Shown here piece after piece: positions 31,131-40,344 of a stretch of 64,000 bases of DNA. The translations under genes were made by a program, and so were the position numbers. Position 1 is the first letter of the stretch. Each line of letters starts with the position of its first letter. The notes beneath the pieces were generated by a model. It was not told the DNA's origin and ran no database searches. It saw only the letters and a list, made by a program, of their open reading frames with translations. Source of the stretch: Bacteroidales bacterium (GTDB taxonomy: Bacteria; Bacteroidota; Bacteroidia; Bacteroidales; UBA12077); the NCBI GenBank assembly GCA_028282585.1, contig JANQHR010000011.1, positions 1-64,000 on the forward strand. Direction: 5' to 3'.

Positions 31131-32846
31131 ATGAAAAATTACTTAAAAACCGTAAAAAGTGTAATAGCAATTGCTATGATATTCTGTGCTTTTATATCTA
31201 AAGCACAAGAAAGTATAACTATTTCTAACAATAAAATAATTTTCCCAAATGGTAGTGAGCAAACAACTGCTGCAACTAGTTCCGGAAATTCTGGTATTTG
31301 GACAATCGTAGAACCTTCGGGTGCAGATGATGGAGCAGCCATAAACCAAGCTTTAACAGATTATAGCCATGTAAGCTTATTACCCAATAAAAAATATATA
31401 ATTAATTCCACTCGTATTATAATAGGTGAGAATAGTTCAACTTCATATCCTACAGATGCTAAAACATTATATGTTCCAGCAAATACAACCATAGAGTTTG
31501 ATAGAGGAAGTTCGTCATTCTCCGCAATTGAATTAAGATCGAATGGAAACCTTATTGGAGAGGGGAAAATTGTAATGAAGGATGCAACTTGGTCATGGTC
31601 TCAAGGAAAAGCTGCAGTGATGGTTAATGGTCAATATGCAAAATTAGATTTTGGCACAATTGAAGGGTTTGAATATGGAATTTCAATGGGTGGTGAAACA
31701 GGAATTCAAGGGTGTAATTTAAAAGTCAAGTATTTTTTAAATAACGTTATTTTGGTGGTTATAAATCCAAATGGAGATGGGTGGGTGAATCAGAACTATA
31801 TTCATATTGATGGTATGCACACTGATGGTGGCAGAAGATCACATAGTGCTTGGGCAAATTCCTGTGGTATATATATGGACCCAGGGGTTTCACCACATAT
31901 GCCTAATATGAATACTTTTTCAGGACATATAGAAGGAATGAATATTGGGATAAAACTTACTGGGAAATTCAATAGATTAGAGGGTTTAAGGTTAGAGAAT
32001 TGTACTACTAAAATACAAATAGAAGGTTCAGTGGTTGAAAATAATTATTTATATGGAACTTATGGAGAAATAACTGGATTAGAAACGTCATCGAATGGGC
32101 AAAAGCCAATAAGAAATTATACCGGAAAAAGTTTAAATGATGTATTAAGTATCTATGGTATGGATGAATTTACATATATGAATGTTGCATATCAAAATGG
32201 GTCATTAATTACGTCTGACGCTACTTTAAAAACGGATATTGAAGATGTGAATGGTGCATTAAATAAGATATTATCATTGAGAGGTACGAAATATAATTTA
32301 AAGTCAAAACAAAAAAACGATAATACTAAAAATTATGGTTTTATAGCACAAGAGTTAAAAGAAGTTTTACCAGAACTTGTTGTTAAAAGTGATTTAGATG
32401 ATATGTATGCTGTAAATTATGACGGGGTTATTCCTGTATTAGTAGAGGCATTCAAAGAACAACAACAACTTATTGAAGAAAAAGACAAAGATATTGAGGA
32501 GTTAAGGCAGATGAATGCTGAAATAGTTAATATTCTAAAAGAGAAAGGGATTTTGAGTGATAATAGCTTGGTTTTAGAATCAGAGGAAGCAATATTATAT
32601 CAAAATACTCCGAACCCATTTACATCAGAAACTGAAATACGATTCTACTTACCTCAATATGTGAGTGATGCTTATATTTTAGTAATGGATATGAATGGCA
32701 AATTGTTAAAGCAAATTGATATTTACTCAAGAGGAGATAGCAAAATTGCAGTTGGTGCAAATGAGTTTGCGTCAGGAATGTATATATATACTTTGATCGC
32801 GGATGATAAGACAATAGGAACAAGAAGAATGATCCTTACAGAATAA
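31131..32846 (+). CDS. Tailspike-like (beta-helix) protein with peptidase-S74-type intramolecular chaperone and type A T9SS CTD
   Basis: Signal peptide; GADDGAAINQAL pectate-lyase-like start; SDATLKTDI...YGFIAQE...VLPELV...VNY..VIPVLVEAFKEQQ; LYQNTPNPF...SGMYIYTL. Confidence 0.82.
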   Translation: MKNYLKTVKSVIAIAMIFCAFISKAQESITISNNKIIFPNGSEQTTAATSSGNSGIWTIVEPSGADDGAAINQALTDYSHVSLLPNKKYIINSTRIIIGENSSTSYPTDAKTLYVPANTTIEFDRGSSSFSAIELRSNGNLIGEGKIVMKDATWSWSQGKAAVMVNGQYAKLDFGTIEGFEYGISMGGETGIQGCNLKVKYFLNNVILVVINPNGDGWVNQNYIHIDGMHTDGGRRSHSAWANSCGIYMDPGVSPHMPNMNTFSGHIEGMNIGIKLTGKFNRLEGLRLENCTTKIQIEGSVVENNYLYGTYGEITGLETSSNGQKPIRNYTGKSLNDVLSIYGMDEFTYMNVAYQNGSLITSDATLKTDIEDVNGALNKILSLRGTKYNLKSKQKNDNTKNYGFIAQELKEVLPELVVKSDLDDMYAVNYDGVIPVLVEAFKEQQQLIEEKDKDIEELRQMNAEIVNILKEKGILSDNSLVLESEEAILYQNTPNPFTSETEIRFYLPQYVSDAYILVMDMNGKLLKQIDIYSRGDSKIAVGANEFASGMYIYTLIADDKTIGTRRMILTE

Positions 32847-32847
32847 A

Positions 32848-32869
32848 GAAAAGGGCTTTAGCCCTTTTT
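32848..32869. terminator. Bidirectional terminator
   Basis: AAAAGGGC-TTTA-GCCCTTTTT between convergent genes. Confidence 0.75.
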
Positions 32870-32880
32870 ACTTTTAAAAA

Positions 32881-33732
32881 TTAACCTTGTGTAGCAAATA
32901 CTCCTGAAAGGTGAAGTTCTTTTGGATTAATACTTAGTATCGGAAGACTTGCCCTATTTAGCATTTGTTGAGCTGCCGTACCCATAATGTAATTACCATC
33001 GGAAACCTGTTCAGTCATGATAGAGATTAAATCTGCATTTATTTCTTCAGCAAATTCAATGAGCATATTGGTGATATTCGAACCAATTAAAGAAACAGTT
33101 TCGTGTTTTACATTATGTTTGTCTAAATATTCGCAAACCTGATTAGAGTAAGCCGTTAGCTTTTTATTAATATCTTCGGTTTGTAATGATGTAACTGTAA
33201 CTACATGCACATTTGCACCGAACCATTTTGCTAATTCAGTAGTAAAAGGAACTTTTTGCCTTGTGTCGGTGGAAATATCAAGAGGCAACACGATATCCTT
33301 AATATTTTTAGGTACTTCACAGTCCCTTATTGTAAATACAGGTTTATAAGTTGCTGTTATAATTTTAAAAGCATTACTTCCAATAAAAAACTTTTCAAAC
33401 CCGGAAGCACCATGTGTTGAAGTTACTATAAACGAGTCTTTAAAAGACTCTGTTTGATTAACAATTTCGCGATATATTTTTCCTGATTTTACAATATATT
33501 GAAGTATAATTCCTGAAGGTAATTTAGGATTATATTTTTCTAAAATTTTAGAAAACTCTCTTTTTGCAAATTTATATTCTTCATCTTTTGTTCCCGGTCT
33601 ATAATCAAGGCTCTTTTTTTGAACGTATACCATTTCTATTTTGCATTCAATTTTACTTGATAATAAAATGGCAAGCTCAAGACCTTTAAGTGATTCTTCT
33701 GAAAAGTCGATAGGAACAATGATACGGTGCAT
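32881..33732 (-). CDS. Universal stress protein (tandem domains)
   Basis: IIVPIDFS, THGASGF...IGSNA, IVLPLD, PILSI. Confidence 0.9.
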   Translation of the reverse strand: MHRIIVPIDFSEESLKGLELAILLSSKIECKIEMVYVQKKSLDYRPGTKDEEYKFAKREFSKILEKYNPKLPSGIILQYIVKSGKIYREIVNQTESFKDSFIVTSTHGASGFEKFFIGSNAFKIITATYKPVFTIRDCEVPKNIKDIVLPLDISTDTRQKVPFTTELAKWFGANVHVVTVTSLQTEDINKKLTAYSNQVCEYLDKHNVKHETVSLIGSNITNMLIEFAEEINADLISIMTEQVSDGNYIMGTAAQQMLNRASLPILSINPKELHLSGVFATQG

Positions 33733-33809
33733 AATTGCTAATTTAAAATTTCTTTTAAAGTAAAGATATTTTTAGAAATATCGAAATATTTTAAACAGCA
33801 ATTTACCTG

Positions 33810-34451
33810 TTATTCAATATGTTTAAAAAAGGATCTTTCGAATAATAAAATATAAGCTACACCGATAGTTATAGCAGAGTCTGCTATATTAAAAACAGGA
33901 CGGAAAAAAATAAAATCCTGATTTGCCCAAAAAGGAAACCAACTCGGGTAATTGCCTTTTAAAACAGGAAAGTATAACATATCTACAACACAACCTTTAA
34001 AAACAGAAGCGTACCCCGACATATCTGCATTAGCTACTCCCCAATATCCAATCCATCTTTGTGTTATCGGATCAAAGACCGTTCCTTCATCAAAAATTAA
34101 ACCATAAAAAACACTATCCAGAATATTGCCTAACGCTCCTGCCATAATAAATGTAATGCTTATAACAACCATGGTTGGAGCTTTCTGCCTGATTAATATT
34201 CTTAAATACCATCCAATTCCTATAACAGCAACAATTCTAAATATAGTTAAGAAAACCTTTCCTATTCCACCCCAAAATTTTATACCAAATGCCATACCGG
34301 GATTTTCAGTAAAATGAATTATAAACCAATCACCAAAAACCTTGATTTCTTCACCTAAATGCATATTAGTTTTAATCCAGAACTTAACACTCTGATCAAT
34401 AATTAAAATTAAAAGAATGATACTAATAGATTTTATTGTAATTGATTTCAT
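33810..34451 (-). CDS. lspA: Lipoprotein signal peptidase II
   Basis: DQ..K, ENPGMAFG, GALGNILD, VVDM, PVFNIADSAI. Confidence 0.95.
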   Translation of the reverse strand: MKSITIKSISIILLILIIDQSVKFWIKTNMHLGEEIKVFGDWFIIHFTENPGMAFGIKFWGGIGKVFLTIFRIVAVIGIGWYLRILIRQKAPTMVVISITFIMAGALGNILDSVFYGLIFDEGTVFDPITQRWIGYWGVANADMSGYASVFKGCVVDMLYFPVLKGNYPSWFPFWANQDFIFFRPVFNIADSAITIGVAYILLFERSFFKHIE

Positions 34452-34501
34452 TTTTTAAGAATTTAGTGCATAAAACTATTAAAAAGAGTTGAATAATAAA
34501 A

Positions 34502-34530
34502 AATGATTGAGCCAACTTAGCTCAATCATT
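34502..34530 (-). terminator. Hairpin/terminator after the DksA-like gene
   Basis: AATGATTGAGC-CAACTTA-GCTCAATCATT; the upstream A run gives a U tract on the minus strand. Confidence 0.65.
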
Positions 34531-34554
34531 ATGATAAAGTATGTTAAAATTTAA

Positions 34555-34932
34555 TTAACGTTGATTTTGTTTAGCTTCAATGCTCAAAGTTGCATGTGGA
34601 ACTGCACGAAGTCTTTCTTTTGAGATTAATTTTCCAGTTTCGCGGCAAATACCATATGTCTTATTCTCAATGCGAATAAGAGCAGCTTGTAAATGCTGAA
34701 TAAATTTCTGTTGACGTTGAGCCAGTCTTCCGGCTTCTTCTTTAGAAAGGGTAGCTGCTCCCTCTTCTAAAACCTTAAATGTTGGCGATGTGTCCTCAGT
34801 ATCATTACTTTCACTGTGGGTAATAGTATTTTTCAATATATCATAATCTTGTTTAGCTTTATTAAGCTTTGTCAATATTATTTCTTTGAATTCTACCAAC
34901 TCTTCGTCTGTGTACCTTTTCTTTTCCGCCAT
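34555..34932 (-). CDS. TraR/DksA family protein (Bacteroidota one-Cys type)
   Basis: AL.RIENKTYGICRETGKLI.KERL.AVPHATLSIEAK; lies between ileS and lspA. Confidence 0.92.
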   Translation of the reverse strand: MAEKKRYTDEELVEFKEIILTKLNKAKQDYDILKNTITHSESNDTEDTSPTFKVLEEGAATLSKEEAGRLAQRQQKFIQHLQAALIRIENKTYGICRETGKLISKERLRAVPHATLSIEAKQNQR

Positions 34933-34991
34933 AATTCATCAATTTTAAGTTGTCTAAAGATAAGAAATTTTTTCAATCAAAAAAGTAATTG

Positions 34992-37900
34992 TTAGCTTAT
35001 CTTATCTATTTTGATATTTGTTTTTATTTCTTCATCAATTTCTACGAAATGAATTGAGTTTTGTTCGAAATTATCTACTAAATCTATTGATTTTGCAAGA
35101 GTTTGAGCACTTATGTAATCGTTAAATTTTTCGATAGCATTATTAATTAATTCATGTTTTTGAATTTGAATTTGTATTTTATCTGTAACGTCAAAATTAC
35201 TGTCTTTACGAAGGTTTTGAATTCTATTTATAAATTCACGTGCGATACCTTCTTCTCTTAATTCATCTGTAACATTAATGTCTAGTGCAACCGTTAATTT
35301 ACCGTCGTTTGCAACTAACCAGCCTGGTATATCTTCAGATGTAATCTCAACATCTTCCAATGTAAGGTTGATCGTTTCAGTATCAACGTTCAATTCGTAT
35401 GTTTCATTGCGTTCGAATGCAACTATATCTTCTTGTGACATTTGTGCTACAACTCCTGAAATTTGCTTCATTAACTTACCGTACTTAGGGCCTAAAGTTT
35501 TAAAGTTTGGTTTTATCTTTTTAACTAAAACCCCTGTTGTATCAGTTATGTATTCAACATCTTTCACATTTACTTCCGTTAATACCAAATTTCGTACTGC
35601 ATCAAATTTTGGCTGTAACGATTTATCCAAAATGGGAATCATTAATTTACTTAAAGGCTGACGTACTTTGATATTCACTTTACGTCGCAAAGCAAGAATC
35701 ATAGAAGAAACACGTTGAGCGATATCCATTTTTTCTTCTAATTCAGTATCGATATAAGTTTCATTATATTTTGGAAAATCAGAAATATGAACTGATTCGG
35801 TTTTATCAATTCCTGTAATTTCATTTAAATCTGTAAAGATCTGATCGGCTAAGAATGGAGCGATTGGTGCCATTAACCTTGCAACAACTTCTAAACAAGT
35901 ATAAAGTGTTTGATAGGCTGCAATTTTATCTTTTGAATATTCACCACCCCAATATCGCTTACGATTTAAACGAACATACCAGTTGCTTAGGTTTTCAGTT
36001 ACAAAATCCTGAATTGCTCGACCTGCACGTGTTGGTTCGTAATTTTCATAATCGTTTTCAATTTCTTTTACCAAAGAGTTTAATAATGAAATTATCCATC
36101 GATCGATTTCAGGGCGTTCTTCTACCGGAATTTCATTTTCGGCAAATTTAAAACCATCTACATTTGCATAAAGAGCAAAAAAACTATAAGTATTATAGAG
36201 AGTTCCGAAGAACTTTCGTTTTACCTCGTCAAGCCCGGCAGCATCAAATTTTAGATTATCCCATGGTTGAGCATTGGTGATCATATACCAACGCAATGGG
36301 TCGGAGCCATGCTTTTCAATGGTTTCGAACGGATCAACAGCATTACCTAATCTTTTAGACATTTTTGCTCCGGTTTTATCCAGAACTAAACCATTTGAGA
36401 TGATATTTTTATATGCAACCGAATCAAATAACATGGTTGCAATTGCATGTAAAGTGAAAAACCAACCTCGAGTTTGGTCAACACCTTCCGCAATAAAGTC
36501 CGCAGGGTAAACCTGGTCGAATCCTTCCTTATTTTCGAATGGATAATGCAATTGGGCATAAGGCATAGCTCCCGAATCAAACCAAACATCAATCAGATCT
36601 AATTCGCGAATCATTTTCTTACCGTTATCTGAAACAAGATAAATTCCATCAACATAAGGGCGATGTAAATCAATTTTTTCGTAGTTATCTTTTGAATTGT
36701 CTCCAGCAACGAAATCGGCATACGGATTTTTATCCATAATTCCTGCTTTCACAGATTTTTCAATTTCGTTGTAAAGTTCCTCAACCGAACCGATACATTT
36801 TATTTCTTTTTTATCTTCCGAAATCCAAATTGGAAGTGGTGTTCCCCAATAACGGGAACGAGATAAGTTCCAGTCTTGTAAGTTTTCTAACCATTTACCA
36901 AAACGTCCTGTACCTGTTGATTCTGGTTTCCAGTTTATGGTTTTATTCAGTTCGATCATTCGATCTTTTAAAGCTGTTGTTTTAATAAACCAGGAATCTA
37001 ATGGATAGTAAAGTACAGGTTTATCAGTTCTCCAGCAATGCGGATAATTGTGGGTATGTTTCTCAATCTTGAATGCTTTATTTTCTTTCTTAAGCATTAC
37101 CGCGATATCCACATCAATTGTAGGGTCTTTTTCGGTTAAGTTACGATCGTACTCATTTTTTACGAATCTTCCAGCAAAAGGAGCAAATGTTTCTTTATTT
37201 ACATTGGTAGAAACAAATTCCGGATCCAGATCAGAGATTGGAAACATACGTCCTTGCTTATCAACCAAAGGATTTAATTTTTTATCCTTATCGAAAACTG
37301 TTAAAGGAGAAACTCCATTTTGTTTTGCAACGCGATCATCATCAGCACCAAAAGTTGGAGCAATATGAACAATACCTGTACCATCTTCAGTCGTAACAAA
37401 ATCACCAATTATAACTCTAAAAGCATCTCCTTGTGGTTGTACCCAGTTTATTAGTTGTTCATATCTGATTCCTTCTAATTCTTTTCCTTTATATTCAGAT
37501 AACACGTTATAAGGAATTTTTTTATCACCTTCTTTGTAATCTTCCAGATTAAGCTCTTCTGCCTTTTTATCGAAATGAGTACTGAACAAATCTTTAGCCA
37601 GAATAACCGTAACAGGTTTTCCTGTATATTGATTAAAAGTTCTTACACGAACATAGTTTATTTTTTCACCAACAGCTAAAGCAGTGTTTGAAGGCAATGT
37701 CCAAGGAGTAGTTGTCCAGGCTAAGAAATAAACTTCAGTGTCAGTATTTTCGAATAAGAACTCAGAATTTTCATTTCTTATAACCTTAAATTGTGCTACA
37801 CAAGTTGTATCCTTCACATCACGATAACAGCCCGGTTGATTTAACTCGTGTGTACTTAAACCGGTTCCTGCTGCAGGAGAATATGGTTGAATGGTATATC

Positions 37901-38429
37901 CTTTATAAAGTAGATTTTTATCAAAAAGTTGTTTTAATAACCACCATAAAGTTTCAATATAACGATTATCAAAAGTAATGTATGGATCGTCCATATTAAC
38001 CCAATATCCCATTTTATGTGTTAGGTCTTCCCATACATCGGTATACTTCATTACTTCCTTTTTACATGTCTCGTTATATTCGTCGACAGTAATTTTTTTC
38101 CCGATATCTTCTTTAGTGATTCCTAACGCTTTTTCAACTGCTAATTCAACAGGTAACCCATGAGTATCCCATCCTGCCTTGCGTTTTACAAGATAACCTT
38201 GCATTGTTTTATAGCGGCAAAAAATATCTTTAATTGCACGTGCCATTACATGATGAATGCCAGGCATTCCATTTGCAGAAGGAGGGCCTTCGTAAAAAAC
38301 AAAAGTTGGCTTTCCTTCGCGTGTTGTTATACTTTTATGAAATGTATCATTCTTATCCCAACGCGCAAGTATATCCTTATTTACCTGCGACAAATCTAAC
38401 TGCTTATATGTGCGAAATTTTTCACTCAT
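34992..38429 (-). CDS. ileS: Isoleucine--tRNA ligase (type 2)
   Basis: EGPPSANG.PGIHH, GWDTHGLPVE, WTTTPWTLPSN, EGVDQTRGWF, KMSKRLGN. Confidence 0.98.
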   Translation of the reverse strand: MSEKFRTYKQLDLSQVNKDILARWDKNDTFHKSITTREGKPTFVFYEGPPSANGMPGIHHVMARAIKDIFCRYKTMQGYLVKRKAGWDTHGLPVELAVEKALGITKEDIGKKITVDEYNETCKKEVMKYTDVWEDLTHKMGYWVNMDDPYITFDNRYIETLWWLLKQLFDKNLLYKGYTIQPYSPAAGTGLSTHELNQPGCYRDVKDTTCVAQFKVIRNENSEFLFENTDTEVYFLAWTTTPWTLPSNTALAVGEKINYVRVRTFNQYTGKPVTVILAKDLFSTHFDKKAEELNLEDYKEGDKKIPYNVLSEYKGKELEGIRYEQLINWVQPQGDAFRVIIGDFVTTEDGTGIVHIAPTFGADDDRVAKQNGVSPLTVFDKDKKLNPLVDKQGRMFPISDLDPEFVSTNVNKETFAPFAGRFVKNEYDRNLTEKDPTIDVDIAVMLKKENKAFKIEKHTHNYPHCWRTDKPVLYYPLDSWFIKTTALKDRMIELNKTINWKPESTGTGRFGKWLENLQDWNLSRSRYWGTPLPIWISEDKKEIKCIGSVEELYNEIEKSVKAGIMDKNPYADFVAGDNSKDNYEKIDLHRPYVDGIYLVSDNGKKMIRELDLIDVWFDSGAMPYAQLHYPFENKEGFDQVYPADFIAEGVDQTRGWFFTLHAIATMLFDSVAYKNIISNGLVLDKTGAKMSKRLGNAVDPFETIEKHGSDPLRWYMITNAQPWDNLKFDAAGLDEVKRKFFGTLYNTYSFFALYANVDGFKFAENEIPVEERPEIDRWIISLLNSLVKEIENDYENYEPTRAGRAIQDFVTENLSNWYVRLNRKRYWGGEYSKDKIAAYQTLYTCLEVVARLMAPIAPFLADQIFTDLNEITGIDKTESVHISDFPKYNETYIDTELEEKMDIAQRVSSMILALRRKVNIKVRQPLSKLMIPILDKSLQPKFDAVRNLVLTEVNVKDVEYITDTTGVLVKKIKPNFKTLGPKYGKLMKQISGVVAQMSQEDIVAFERNETYELNVDTETINLTLEDVEITSEDIPGWLVANDGKLTVALDINVTDELREEGIAREFINRIQNLRKDSNFDVTDKIQIQIQKHELINNAIEKFNDYISAQTLAKSIDLVDNFEQNSIHFVEIDEEIKTNIKIDKIS

Positions 38430-38521
38430 CGAATATCTATATTTTTATGGTCTACAATAATTTAAAGCGTACAAAGATAGAGTTATGAACTAAAAAATGC
38501 AATCAAAATTTTATCTGTAGT

Positions 38522-39571
38522 TTATTTTTTAATTCCTTTTTTAAGCGTAAAGGCAAAGGAAGTTCCGTTTTCGATTGTGCTCCTTGCATTAATAGTTTGA
38601 TTATGAGCTTCTACAATATGTTTAACTATAGCTAATCCAAGTCCAGTACCACCCGCATTTCTAGAGCGGCTTTTATCTACACGATAAAATCTTTCAAAAA
38701 TCCTCGGAACGTCTTCTTCCGGAATTCCAATACCGTTATCGGTTATTTCCACTAAAATATTTTCATCCATATCAAGGAAGGATACTTCTGTATACCCGTA
38801 ATCTCTTCCATAGTTAATTGAGTTCACCAAAAGATTAGTTATTAGTTGATCGATTTGTTCTCTGTCAGCATTAACAAAAATAGACTTTTCATAATTTAAC
38901 TTAAACCTTAGTTCTATACCTTTATCTTTCGCTCTTAGTTCCTGACTGTCAAAAACTTCTTCAAACAATTCTACAATGTTAAAATTGGAATAATGTAATT
39001 TCAAAACGCCTGATTCTAATCTTGAAATAGCTTCTAAATCTTCTACAATCGAGATCATACGGTTAATACTTTTTTCTGTTTTCTGAAGATATTTTTTATT
39101 GATTTTGTTATCATCCATACCTCCGTCAAGTAAGGTTAGAACATAACCTTGTATATTAAAAATAGGTGTTTTAAGTTCATGAGAAACATTACCAAGAAAC
39201 TCTTTTCTATATTTAGCTAACTGTTTTAATTGAGCAATTTCTTTTACTTTGTTATCTGCCCAACTCTTCACTTCTTCATTTACTTCTTTTAAAACATCTT
39301 TCTCTTCAAGGTCTCTTCGTAAATCTTTTTCAGGAATATTATAATTATGAATAGTCTTATAAATAGGATTAATCTTTTCGAAAATGAAATTATTTAAAAG
39401 ATAATAAACTATGATATAATTGCTTATAAATATTAGTAATACTGAAAAAACCAGAGGTAAAAATTCTAAGACCGTTCGTGGAAAATGTAATACCATTTGC
39501 GTTAATGCTGAAACTACAGCAGCAATTAAAGATATTAAAATTGCCATTTGCTTGGGTGATGAACTTCTCAT
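38522..39571 (-). CDS. PhoR-like sensor histidine kinase
   Basis: Two N-terminal TMs, SHELKTP H-box, DNGIGI, FERFYRVDKSRSR, GGTGLGLAIVKH. Confidence 0.93.
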   Translation of the reverse strand: MRSSSPKQMAILISLIAAVVSALTQMVLHFPRTVLEFLPLVFSVLLIFISNYIIVYYLLNNFIFEKINPIYKTIHNYNIPEKDLRRDLEEKDVLKEVNEEVKSWADNKVKEIAQLKQLAKYRKEFLGNVSHELKTPIFNIQGYVLTLLDGGMDDNKINKKYLQKTEKSINRMISIVEDLEAISRLESGVLKLHYSNFNIVELFEEVFDSQELRAKDKGIELRFKLNYEKSIFVNADREQIDQLITNLLVNSINYGRDYGYTEVSFLDMDENILVEITDNGIGIPEEDVPRIFERFYRVDKSRSRNAGGTGLGLAIVKHIVEAHNQTINARSTIENGTSFAFTLKKGIKK

Positions 39572-39593
39572 AAGCCTTATTTTTATATAGACG

Positions 39594-39620
39594 AAAAAGC
39601 CTCATAATGCATGAGGCTTC
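39594..39620 (-). terminator. Terminator-like hairpin between riboflavin synthase and the kinase gene
   Basis: Minus strand GAAGCCTCAT-GCATT-ATGAGGCTTTTT. Confidence 0.6.
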
Positions 39621-39641
39621 GCACTATCTTGTTTTATTTTT

Positions 39642-40247
39642 TTATTTATCCAGTTGTTGCCTTACTATTTTTGCAACATATTTACCGATAATATCAAATT
39701 CAAGATTTACCACAGTACCCACCTCAAATTGGTGAAAGTTAGTAATATCATAAGTAAATGGAATAATAGCAACTTCAAAAGACTTGTCTTTAGAGTTAAC
39801 AACCGTTAAGCTAACTCCATTTACAGAAACTGAACCTTTTTCAACTGTAATATAATCTTCTTGCGAAGGGTCATATTCAAACGTAAAGTACCAGCTACCA
39901 TCCGCTTCGCGAACGTTTGTGCAAGTTGCTGTTTGATCAACATGTCCTTGAACCAGGTGCCCATCCAATAAACTATCAATCTTCATGCTTCTTTCAAGGT
40001 TTACTTTGTCATCAATCTTAAGTAATCCAAGATTCGATTTATCTAAAGTTTCTTGTATAGCAGTTACAGTAAATGTTTTATTTTCCTTATCCACTTTTAC
40101 AACCGTTAAACAAACTCCATTGTGAGCAACACTTTGATCGATTTTTAATTCTTCTGCAAAAGAACATTGCATGGTAATATGCAAGTTTCCCTGATCTTTT
40201 TCAAGATTCACAACTTTTGCAGCTTCTTCAACTATTCCTGAAAACAT
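39642..40247 (-). CDS. ribE: Riboflavin synthase (alpha chain)
   Basis: MFSGIVEE, NGVCLTV, VNLER, GH.VQGHVD, KGS..VNGVSLTV. Confidence 0.95.
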   Translation of the reverse strand: MFSGIVEEAAKVVNLEKDQGNLHITMQCSFAEELKIDQSVAHNGVCLTVVKVDKENKTFTVTAIQETLDKSNLGLLKIDDKVNLERSMKIDSLLDGHLVQGHVDQTATCTNVREADGSWYFTFEYDPSQEDYITVEKGSVSVNGVSLTVVNSKDKSFEVAIIPFTYDITNFHQFEVGTVVNLEFDIIGKYVAKIVRQQLDK

Positions 40248-40344
40248 AGTAATAAAAATTTAAAGTTAAAATCTTTGCGAAGTTAGGAAGTTTTGTAATA
40301 TTCGACAAGTTAAATTATGGTTAACAAAATATTGAGAGAAAATA

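Noticed and set aside
30037-32846. Prophage or tailocin remnant
   Set aside because: No integrase, capsid, sheath, tube, baseplate or lysis genes; both proteins have signal peptides.
34555-34932. DksA/TraR protein with only one Cys of the C4 zinc finger
   Set aside because: This is the usual Bacteroidota form in the ileS-dksA-lspA cluster; not novel.
38430-38521. T-box leader for ileS (also considered for asnS)
   Set aside because: Too short and no T-box motif; a TAnnTTTG promoter lies close to the start.
40248-40344. FMN riboswitch upstream of riboflavin synthase
   Set aside because: Leader is short and AT-rich, without RFN conserved motifs.
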